Shown in pieces: positions 28,880 through 37,610 of a stretch of 37,610 bases of DNA; within the stretch, counting starts at the first letter, position 1; the number at the start of each line of letters is the position of its first letter. The position numbers were made by a program, and so were the translations under genes. The stretch comes from Chrysochromulina tobinii (taxonomy: Eukaryota), in assembly GCA_001275005.1 (NCBI GenBank), contig JWZX01002199.1, positions 1 through 37,610 on the forward strand, written 5' to 3'. A model generated the notes under the pieces. It did no database searches. It was not told where the DNA came from and saw only the letters and a program-made list of their open reading frames with translations.

Positions 28880-30427
28880 TCTGGCGGAGCTCTTTGCGCT
28901 CGCTGGCCGACGAGCCGTCGGTCTTCGACGAGTACGCCGCTCGCACCGTCGAGATCCTGAGCGATAAGATGCCGGCCACGCAGGGCTCGGCGCTCGACGC
29001 AGCGACAGCCTTCTTGAGCGCCTGCTGAGCTCGCGCAAGCACAAGCGGGGCCTATGGCGACGACGATCGTCGACAAGCACTTGGCACGGCCCAAGGCGCT
29101 CGAGGCGCTTCTGTACCTCGTCGAGGTGGGCGGCGCCTCGCAAGTCCAGATCGCGCTTGCGCTCGGCGCGGCCAGCAAGATCGTGAAGACGCGTGCGGCG
29201 GCCCTCAAGGCGCTCGCTCAGGCCGTGCTGGGCGCGCTCGCGCTCGTGCTCGGACTTGAGCTCAGAGCGAACGCCGCCGCCTGCGCAGCGAAGGACCGGC
29301 GCCCACAGGCGCCTCGGCCGACGGTAATGGCTGCGGCGACGGCGGCCGGCGCGGCCGGTGGAGAGGCGGGGGCGGCGGCGGTTCCCCCGTTTGACCTGCT
29401 CCGCGCTCTGCCGCAACGGCGGTTCCCCCGTTTGCCGCACTCAACGGTCCCCGACACGTGGCTACAATCGCTCACCGACAACCTCGTGATCGGAGCTGCG
29501 AAGGCGCAATGGAGGCAGGGGCGCAAGGCCGCCGCCGAGCAGCTGATCAGCCTGCTCGACGGGCGCGAGGCTCTTGTGCCCGCCGACTACAGCGCGTTGG
29601 CCCAGGGGCTCAAAAAGGTACTGGACCTCGAGATGAACCTGGGCGTGGTGTCCGTGGCGGTGCGCGCGGTCGGCGCGCTCGAGGCGCCGCTCGGCAAGGA
29701 CTTTGCACGCCACGCCAAGCTTCTCGCGCCCTCGCTCTTCAGACGGGGTGGCGAGCGGAACACGCAGGTCGTCGACGGTGTGAAAGCGACGCTCGACGCG
29801 ATCGCGCGCGCCGGCTGCCTGCCGCTCGCGGACGCGATCGAGGCGACCAAGGGTAAGGAGGCGGCGGCCAGCACCAACCCGCCCGTCCAGTCGTGTGCGG
29901 TGCGTTTCGTCAAGGAGTGCGTCGCATGCGCGGGAGGCCCGAGCGTCACCAAGGCCCTCGGAGAGCTGAGCGCGTTGCTCTCGCCCGTGACGGACGCGTC
30001 GTCGCCGGAGGCACGCGCGGCGGCGCTGCCGCCTCGTGAGCACGCGGGTAAGACAGAGCGCACTGCTGGCACCGCAGGCACCGCAGCGGCTCCCACTGCC
30101 GCCGCGGCTTCCACTGCGCCCGCTCCCGCTGCGCCCGCTCCCGCTGCGCCCGCTCCCGCTGCTCCCGCTCCTGTGTCAGCTTCCGCCCCGGCTCCGTTGG
30201 CAAAGCGAGTAGCTAGCGGAGTGTCAGGAGGCGCACCAAAGCCCACCGGCGCGTCGGCGCCCAAGAGCGCCTGCGCACCGAGCAGCGGCGGCACTAGCGG
30301 CGGCGGCGGCGGCGGCGGCGCGGAGGCGTGGACGGAGCCGCCGCTGCCGAGCACCGAAGAGTATTCTGCTGCTCGTGGGCAGCAGCGACGCGGGGCGCGC
30401 CCGGCCCGCGCTGTAGTCACTTGGTAA
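28880..30427 (+). pseudogene. Disrupted, truncated XMAP215/CKAP5/MOR1-like TOG-domain gene (TOG1 remnants, TOG2, linker)
   Basis: VFDEYAARTVEILSDKMPATQGSALDAATAFL (stop follows) resembles TOG1. WRQGRKAAAEQL...DYSALAQGLKKVL.LEMNLGVV...LGKDFARHAK...ERNTQVVDGVKATLDAI resembles TOG2 HEAT repeats. A Pro/Ala linker follows and the ORF ends where TOG3 would start. Confidence 0.7.
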
Positions 30428-30602
30428 ACGTAAAGAAGAGGCGTCTGGGTTGCTCGCGCGCCGCGCACGCGGGAGCAAGCTGAACCCCTGATTGGCACTG
30501 ATCTGTGTTACAATAACTATCTATAGAGCTCTATACGTATACCCACGCGGTAGAGCATGCTCTAGCGTCTAGGCTAATCTAGGCTGGGACTAGGCGGTAG
30601 CT

Positions 30603-31046
30603 AAGGAGCACGCGGAGGCGTCGCGCGTGCTGGCCGGCGCTCTGAGCTCGCTGCAGCCTGATGGCCGCGCGATGCGCAGCGCCCTGAATACCTGGGCGGG
30701 CGTGATGATTCAGCGACGATCGATGGTCGTCGTCGCCGTTGCATCGCTGATCCGCGGCGAGCAGCTGTGGGGTCTGCGCACTTGGAGCGCTCACGCGGCG
30801 CTTGTGCGCAAGCAGCGGGAGCATGTCGAGGAGACGGCGCGCCGAGCGATCAAGAGCATGTCGCTTCAGAGCTTGCGAGCGGTGATGAACACGTGGGCTG
30901 CGATGTCGGAGGCTCGCCAGCGCAATCAGCTTGCGCTGCTCTCAGCTGCGTCGGCGTTCCGCGGCGACGGTATGCGCAAGGCGTGGAACGGCTGGCTGGG
31001 CCTGCTGCACGATCGGGAGATGGTGGCGTCGGCCGTCAACTGTATG
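30603..31046 (+). pseudogene. Fragment encoding Sfi1-like Trp-periodic helical repeats
   Basis: ALNTW, GLRTW, VMNTW, AWNGW with Trp spacings of 30, 37 and 33 aa, similar to centrin-binding Sfi1 repeats. No convincing start, and the similarity ends abruptly. Confidence 0.5.
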
Positions 31047-31084
31047 CCATGCTCTTGTGACGGTGATCATTCAGGCTACGACGC

Positions 31085-31136
31085 GGCATTTTTGGTGGGT
31101 GGCCAAATTCCCAAATTCCCAAAAGGAGTGCCCCTG
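31085..31136 (-). mobile_element. Possible isolated hAT-like transposon end
   Basis: Tandem CCAAATTC-CCAAATTC-CCAAA followed by GGAGTGCCCCTG, i.e. CAGGGGCAC... on the minus strand. It lies where the Sfi1-like fragment stops. Confidence 0.3.
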
Positions 31137-31170
31137 TATTCATAACTTGCCAGATATAGGTGGACTTGCG

Positions 31171-31214
31171 AACACGGCGTTTTGTACCCGTGCGCACGGG
31201 TACAACGCCGTGTT
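31171..31214. repeat. 44-bp near-perfect palindrome
   Basis: AACACGGCGTTTTGTACCCGTGC|GCACGGGTACAACGCCGTGTT; the arms are exact complements except for two extra T on the left. Confidence 0.9.
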
Positions 31215-31663
31215 GAGCACAAAACGTCGAGTTGAGCACAAATCGAGGGGAGATCCCTGCTGGGGGCTATCTTCTCCTCCGGGGAGGGGAGCGTGGCTTG
31301 CGCGGGTCGAGGGTGCAGGGTGCAGGACGGGGACGTTGTCGGGAGGGTTGGGCTCGAACATACACGAGTGGCGGGCGGGTCTTGGGGTTAGGTTGGGGTT
31401 GCCGATCAAGTCATTTTCTCATTTTTGTGTATGTCACAAATCCAGTCACCAAAAGTGTAGTTCCATAGGAATCCTACATTGCATGTCACCTTGTCAACCA
31501 AGGAATCCCACCTCGCTGCTCGACTGCTACTCGCAATCGTCCTCCTCGCTGCCATGCTTGAATAATTTCGTTTTGAGGCGCGGCTCGCGCGCCGAGCCGA
31601 GCGCAAAAGCGCCGGCACGAGCCTTTTTCGTGGCTACCCGGCGCCTCGCTACTCGCACCGACG

Positions 31664-33842
31664 ATGTGCTACGGTGACAACCATCGCTGCCCCGACTGGC
31701 GGCACCACCTGCAGCAGAAGGAAGACAAGGCCATCAGGAACGTCAAGCTGGCCGCAAAGCGCAAGGCCGATAGGGCCGTGGCCAATGCTTCAAGGCGTCC
31801 TGCGGAGCAGTGTTCGAGCTGCGATGGCGAAGACGGCGACAGCGCTGGGCGGAGAGCTGGGCGAACCGTCAAGCCCAAGCGGCATTTTGGCGACGAACCC
31901 GAGGAGACGGAGCAGCAGAAGCGTGGGCGTTTGGAGGAATTGAGCAGCTCCAGGTGGCCCTTGCAGCTGCTGAGGCGGCGGCCGTGAAGGAAAACCTGGC
32001 CACGAAGGCGGAGCAGAGCCGCCACCGCCGCATGTTTGGCGCCCCGTGCACCGAGGCCGCGCAGCGTTTCTATGCTGCGTTCGAGATCGACGAGCACGGG
32101 TTTCCGCGCAATAAGGCGGCAGCGGAGCGCATGGTGGCCAAGGTGGTCGGGCCTCTCGGCTCGCTGTCGACGGATCAGCAGGCGGCCGTGCTCACGGCGG
32201 CGATCAAGCGGCCGGCGTTGCGAGAGGCCGCAAACCGCGCCGGCATTGGCCAGGCCTCGCTTGGCGAGCGCATCGTGGACCGGGTGAAGTCCGCGTTTAC
32301 GTCGCAAGGCATCAAGCGCGGCTCCCTCGGCGCCGACATCGAGGCGTCGGTCGACTCGTTCTTCAACCTGGCTCCGCCCACGCCCAACGAGGAGGTCATG
32401 CAGCGAGGCAAGCACGCGAAGAAGCAAAAGGCGGCTGGCGGCGAGGCCAAGGTGGCCCCTGTCGTGGGCATCGGAGCTGGGCCTGTCGCTCACGACCGGA
32501 AGGCGCCGGCTCAAGGGCGAGGAGGATGCGTATTGGACCTAATACCGCGAGCGCGTTGGCCAAGGCATCGACGAGGAGACGCGCAAGCTCGTGCTCGACT
32601 TCTACATTGGCCACCCGTCGATCAAGCGCTCGCCGATGAAGAGCGACATGCTGCAGATGAAGGACGCGAACGGCGAGAAGGTGCTCGTCGCCAAGCTCCT
32701 CTCGGAGGTGAGCCTGACGGACGTCTCTATCGACTTCGAGAAGAAGCACCCCGGGCTGCTCAAGGAGCGCGCGTTCCGCGAGCTGCGGCCGCCTGAGTTG
32801 CGGCGCATGTCGCGCCGGCAGCTTGACATGTGCGGCTGCAGATGGTGCATCGAAATGCGTCTCTTCCAGGACGCGCCCAATGCGGAGCGGGCGGTGCTGG
32901 CCATCAAGCACGCCGCCGCGCCGTACACGGCGCCGTAACCCACGACAAGCCGCGGGCAGCCGCGACAGATGCTACATGCGGATTGGTGAGCGATGCTGCT
33001 GGTGCTTGTTTGGGACACGCGGCGCGCTGTGAGGTACACGCAGTCCGCAAGCCCACCTGCACGCGGGACCGAGGAGGGAGGCTGGTCCAAGACGAAGATA
33101 TACTCGTCGCTTTTCCAATAGCATCTTAAAGAATATGCCATATCCTGCCGTATCACGCACTTGACACTCGCTCTCTCGGGATATCCGAGTTCCGACTCTC
33201 GCCTCCACCCGCACACAGGTGCACCCTCGGTTTATGCGACAAATGCGGCACCGCCAAGATGAAGACGCATCCCATCGAGGAGGACACGTCCGCCACCGCC
33301 CGACATGATGCGCTATCAGCACTACTATGACACCATCGAGACCCAGACCTCCTACAACACCACCTCGAAGCACATCAAGCTGGTCAAGTCCAAGCCCGTA
33401 CCGATGGGCGAGTTCATGAAGCTCTACCGCGAGAAGCTCGCATACTACACTTACCATGCGGGAATGGTGCGGCTCACCACCACTATCCGCATCGAGCGCA
33501 TGGGCATCTCGCCCGGTGACGCCGCCCTCATCATCGACTACTCGGAGAAGCTGAACAAGGAGCGGAATAAGAAGCCGCAGTCCCAGCACTGGGAGACGAC
33601 CTCGATGACCATCGAGGTGGCGGTGGCCGAGGCCTGGCGGCTCGAGCTCGACGCGGCCGAGGTCGCGCGCATCGCCGCACGCCTGCTCACAGCCAAGGGT
33701 GACGAGCGGGGTAAGGTTCTGGAGGAGGAGAAGGCACTCGGCAAGCGCGTCTACTACCACTGCTCGGACTACAAGCCGCAGGTGGCCGCGGTCACGACGC
33801 ACAACATGGAGATCATGCTCAAGGAGATGCTGACACTCGGGG
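31664..33842 (+). mobile_element. Decayed DNA-transposon transposase, Sola2-like, frameshifted and truncated
   Basis: Pieces in several frames: VLDFY...KRSPMKSD...FEKKHP...AFRELRPP...CGCRWC, then IIDYSEKL...PQSQHW...TIEVAV...HCSDYK. These parallel the Sola2-type F..LRP/CxC and DF.ENY...QS.HW...SD motifs. Similarity ends near 33842, before the remaining catalytic residues. Confidence 0.6.
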
Positions 33843-33844
33843 CA

Positions 33845-34610
33845 CAGCTCAGCCGCCTCGGCCTGCCAGCGAGACTCCGCCTGCCGCCCCTTTGACTTTT
33901 CGCGCTCGACCTCCTCGTGCGACTGGCGCGCGGCCGCCTCGCGCTTGTTCGTCAACATCGCTAGCGCCGCGCGATGTGCCTTGTGCCTCGTCCAGCCGGC
34001 GCTTCTCGGCCCTCGAACATCTCCGCCTGGCGCGCATGCACGGCTTGCAGCTCCATCAGCTGCCCCTGGCGTGCGTCAAGTAGCTTCTCATCCTCCGCAT
34101 ACAAACGGCCCCCCCCTCGAGGGAGCCCAGACACTCAACCCTCACGTTCTTATTCTCCGCCTGCAGCCGCTTGTTGACGTGTGTGGACTCGCGAAGCGCC
34201 GCCTCATGGCGTGCGCCAATCCTCGTCCACATCTTGGCGTGCGCGGCGTCTAGCGTCGCGTGCTTGGCCGCTGCGGCGTTCCGTCGAGATGCGCTGCACG
34301 TCGTCCTTGTGCGACTGCTCGCGCAGTTGGAGCTCGCGGATTTCGTTGAAGGGGCGCTTGTTCGCCATCGCGAGACCCGCGCCGCGCCGCCGCCGCCATC
34401 AGAGTTCTTGTCAGACGAGTTGGATGTGGCGCGGTCGCCGAGCAGGTGGCTCGTCTCGCGCTCGCGCTCCTCGCGCAGCCGAGTGATCTGCACCTCGTAC
34501 CTCGCCTTGAGCAGCTCCTTCTCGCGACGCACCGCCTCGCCGCTCGCCACCAGAAGGGCGCTTGCGCGCGCTTGGCGCTGCGCGCGCTTGCGCTTGCGCT
34601 TGCTGTCGGA
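33845..34610 (-). pseudogene. Frameshifted fragment of a coiled-coil protein
   Basis: Charged heptad-like segments in changing frames (REKELLKARYEVQITRLREERERE; HVNKRLQAENKNVRVECL; KREAAARQSHEEVEREK). It abuts the truncated transposase tail-to-tail. Confidence 0.45.
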
Positions 34611-34924
34611 GGGGGCCGTGCGAAAACGAAATGGTTGCAGGGCCCCTGCTACCATCAAAAGGTGGGGAGACCTCAAAGGGGGGCGGCCCCTCCCGAGAGC
34701 CACGTGAACAGGGGCCAGGGAACGTTACGTCGTAAGCAGAGTTTGTCGGACACGCGACCCAATCTCGGAAACGTGACCCATGCGGTTGTCGGTCTCCAAG
34801 AGAACCGCTCCGTCCGTGGTTGAGCACGTACCGCCCCTGATCCGTGCATACTCGCAACAAATCGGAGCGGTGTCTAGCCTTGAGCAGACAGCCCGGCAGA
34901 TATCGACAGTCAACCTGCATCGTA

Positions 34925-37354
34925 ATGATGCAGCAGACAGACCTATCAAGCATTCCGAGCTCGACCCTAGCTGATGGAAATCAAGCACCACCACCCTCTC
35001 ACTCTCGTGATGCCGGATCGTCATCGATCGCCCCAGGGGGAGTCGATGCAACGATCCAGCACGGATCGACTGCTTCACGTAAGCGTCGCGTGGTCACTGA
35101 AGAAGAGAAAGAAGAGCTTCGTGCTGCCGAGAGCCTCGTTGAGCTCGCGCTCATATTCGACACAAGTGACGGCAAGAAAGGTGCCTTCGGAGGCCTCTGC
35201 CAGGACGCGCGCGAATCCACCGAACGCACCATCGACGGTATCGTCCAAGCGACGGTACCCGGCCTTAAAATCGAGCAAATCCGAGTCGATAGCCTCGATG
35301 TCTTCGAGCAACTGTCATACTACATTGTCCTCCTCGTCTCGCGAGACGACGCCGTTAAAACCCTCGGCCGGCATCCGGAGGTCCACAAGACGATCGAATA
35401 CCACGTACACGGTGCGGATGCGCACGCGCCTCCCACCAAGCGATCAGACGTCGCCATCATCATCACCACGCCCGATCACGTTCCAAACCTAGCGCTCTTC
35501 GCCAATCGCCCGGATAAATCCACCCCGGCTGGCGGACTGAACCCGGGTATCCCGATTGTCATCTACATCCAAGACACCCGCGAAAACCGCATTCAATTGG
35601 CCACGGTCCGAGGCTGGCTCGGGGAGGACGCCCTCGAAGATGTGAATGCAGTGCTCGCTTTGACGCACCTCCAACCGAGCGCAGGCTTCACGACCCAAAT
35701 GATTCCCGGTCAACCGGTCCGACTTCCCCCACGCACGCCCGGCGGCCATGGCATCGGTATCTCCTTCAAATTCTGGCTGATACCGCCACCAGATCGTAAC
35801 CCGCGCGATGTGGCATCCATCAAGGGTGTCGTGCTTCCTGCACCTCTCCTACTGCCGCGTCACTATGGCTTGGATCCACAGTCTGGAGAATATCTCGCTG
35901 TATGGCTGCACGACCCCGACCCGACCGTATCCACGCTCCAGCTCACGCGTGCGCAGCGTTGCCGCGGCGGCCAGAATGGCCAAGGCGATGGCGTCATCGT
36001 CCGATACGTTGTCTCAGGCGGTCATATCGGCGGAACGATGCTTGAGGCCGTCAGTGATGGCGAGCGGTTCTTTCGTCTCGGAGATGACTACGACCCGGAG
36101 TCGAATGGCATCGAAGGATTAACAGTCCTGAAGACCTCGCACAAATATGGCGACACGTCGCGACGCAACGCCCAGCGCAAACAGGCTGCGCAAAGAGAGC
36201 TACAGGCCAAAATCGACCAAGATGCGCTGCGCGCCCACAAGGCCGGCCTGGCAAAGAGCTTTCGCACTGCTGGCGTCTGCCACAAGGCTGCTGAGCGCCT
36301 GTCGAAGACCGACTCTCCGTGTTATATCCCCGCCTGCAACGCGGAGGAGGCCGCTGCGGCACTGGAGCCGCCAAAGGAGTATCTCACTGCAGCCTGCATC
36401 AATAGCTCGTGCCACACGGCCATGTGCATCAGCCTCAACAGGATGGCCGAAGCGGTCGTCGCCGCGCAGATGGAAACCCGCGCGAAAGGAGCCTCCTCCC
36501 TCGCGCAGGCGAGGATGGAGGGCGAGTTCCAATCCCGACTCCAATCCCTCCGCCCTACCCAGGAGCCCGCTCGGCAGTACGGCGCGGGCGCTGAAGCCCC
36601 CTACGCTGCACCCCAATTCTTCCGTCAGCCCGAGAATACCGCGCCTGGCAAGGGAGCTGGTAAAGGCAAAGGCGCCGGCAAAGGGGCCGGCAAAGGCAAG
36701 GGAAAAGGCGCCGGAAAAGGTGCCGGCAAAGGAGCCGAAAAAGGCAATGGCAAAGCCCCAGTACAGTTCGCCGATGACCGCCGCTACGCTACCGATGGAT
36801 CGGGCGTCCTCGGACATGTCCCTTCTACCGCACGCGATGAGCGTCGTTACGACTCGGATGGGTCGGGGCCGTTCACGAGAGAACAATTCCATCAATATTA
36901 CCGCGGATCCCTCTGTGAATGGGAGATCGCCTCCCCGGAGCATTCCACGCGGCCACCAGCGTACGCCGCGCCACCAACGGCCCCAGCAGCCAACCCCATC
37001 ATCCACGGATGGAATTGCCCTATGCCGCTCCCGGGCACCGTGCCTATCGGCAAGTGGATCTCCCCCGGCCATCTTCGCGCTGCTGCTAACCTCGCTCGCG
37101 GACTTAACTATCTGATGTCCATCTCGCAGGCGAGATCGCGCAGGGGACTGGTGCTCGTCGCGCATCAGCATATCGCCGCATATCTCTCCTCGGCACAGGG
37201 TGACTCCTTCAACCCTGAAATGACCGATGACCTCATGTTGAGCCTGGAGGAGTTCAACATCGTCGAAGTCACGACGCATGAGCCCGGCGGGGAAGAAGAG
37301 ACCCAATACTTCTACGAGTTCCTCGTGGAGCCCCACGTGCCCAACACCGTGTGA
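34925..37354 (+). CDS. Orphan protein of about 809 aa, possibly ORF1/gag-like protein of a retroelement
   Basis: Long intact ORF with less extreme GC3 than the host genes, a Cys/His cluster (CHK...CYIPAC...CINSSCH..MC), a GKGAGKGKG repeat and a Pro-rich segment. The retroelement link is inference only. Confidence 0.6.
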   Translation: MMQQTDLSSIPSSTLADGNQAPPPSHSRDAGSSSIAPGGVDATIQHGSTASRKRRVVTEEEKEELRAAESLVELALIFDTSDGKKGAFGGLCQDARESTERTIDGIVQATVPGLKIEQIRVDSLDVFEQLSYYIVLLVSRDDAVKTLGRHPEVHKTIEYHVHGADAHAPPTKRSDVAIIITTPDHVPNLALFANRPDKSTPAGGLNPGIPIVIYIQDTRENRIQLATVRGWLGEDALEDVNAVLALTHLQPSAGFTTQMIPGQPVRLPPRTPGGHGIGISFKFWLIPPPDRNPRDVASIKGVVLPAPLLLPRHYGLDPQSGEYLAVWLHDPDPTVSTLQLTRAQRCRGGQNGQGDGVIVRYVVSGGHIGGTMLEAVSDGERFFRLGDDYDPESNGIEGLTVLKTSHKYGDTSRRNAQRKQAAQRELQAKIDQDALRAHKAGLAKSFRTAGVCHKAAERLSKTDSPCYIPACNAEEAAAALEPPKEYLTAACINSSCHTAMCISLNRMAEAVVAAQMETRAKGASSLAQARMEGEFQSRLQSLRPTQEPARQYGAGAEAPYAAPQFFRQPENTAPGKGAGKGKGAGKGAGKGKGKGAGKGAGKGAEKGNGKAPVQFADDRRYATDGSGVLGHVPSTARDERRYDSDGSGPFTREQFHQYYRGSLCEWEIASPEHSTRPPAYAAPPTAPAANPIIHGWNCPMPLPGTVPIGKWISPGHLRAAANLARGLNYLMSISQARSRRGLVLVAHQHIAAYLSSAQGDSFNPEMTDDLMLSLEEFNIVEVTTHEPGGEEETQYFYEFLVEPHVPNTV
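36647..36755 (+). repeat. Coding Gly-Lys-Gly-Ala repeat
   Basis: GKGAGKGKGAGKGAGKGKGKGAGKGAGKGAEKGNGK encoded by GGCAAAGG-rich units. Confidence 0.85.
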
Positions 37355-37610
37355 CATACTCTCTAGTTGAGTCAAGCACACCCGAGAATCACGACACACT
37401 CGAGACTCCGGACGTTATGCTTGCTCCGATAGGCTACTACTTGAGCCCAAGCATGTAGACTCCGAGAGGGGGGGGGGGACGGAGAGCACTTGATCTCTTC
37501 AGGAAAGAAAGAGAATGCACAACGAGGGACAGAGGGGAACCGCCTATGTGTCTTTGCATGACATTTGACTTTGGATTGCCGTTGTCTTGTCCGCGCGCGG
37601 TTCAAGCGCG

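Noticed and set aside
31381..31400. GGGGTTAGGTTGGGGTT as telomeric repeat
   Set aside because: Too short and irregular; no tandem TTAGGG array.
34611..34716. GGGGCC/GGCCCC inverted motifs as a MITE
   Set aside because: Matches are only 8-9 bp in GC-rich DNA and no TSD is evident.
36200..37399. 399-aa minus-strand ORF and similar long antisense ORFs across the window
   Set aside because: They are shadows of GC-rich sense genes and carry no independent motifs.

Overview
GC-rich, intron-poor eukaryotic nuclear DNA. Gene content and style suggest a flagellated alga, most likely a haptophyte such as Chrysochromulina; this is inference. The left ~22 kb is gene-dense with apparently intact single-exon genes: 3-ketodihydrosphingosine reductase, an unusual myosin (motor, 2 IQ, AEAAAK helix, centrin-like EF-hand pair, transmembrane segment), DJ-1, a coiled-coil protein, an LNR/kringle type I membrane protein, a 2OG-Fe(II) oxygenase, organellar ribosomal protein bL34 and a membrane-anchored sulfatase. 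It also holds a 1.2-kb non-autonomous hAT-like element and a probable second hAT-like end at the left edge. The right ~15.5 kb is a mosaic. It has a HET/TIR-like domain fused to near-identical TPR repeats, BBIP1, a FYVE gene probably split by a GC-AG intron, and two long orphan ORFs. It also has broken gene fragments (FHA, radical SAM, XMAP215 TOG domains, Sfi1-like repeats, coiled coil) and a decayed Sola2-like transposase, with palindromes at some fragment junctions. All family calls come from motif recognition by eye; no searches were run.
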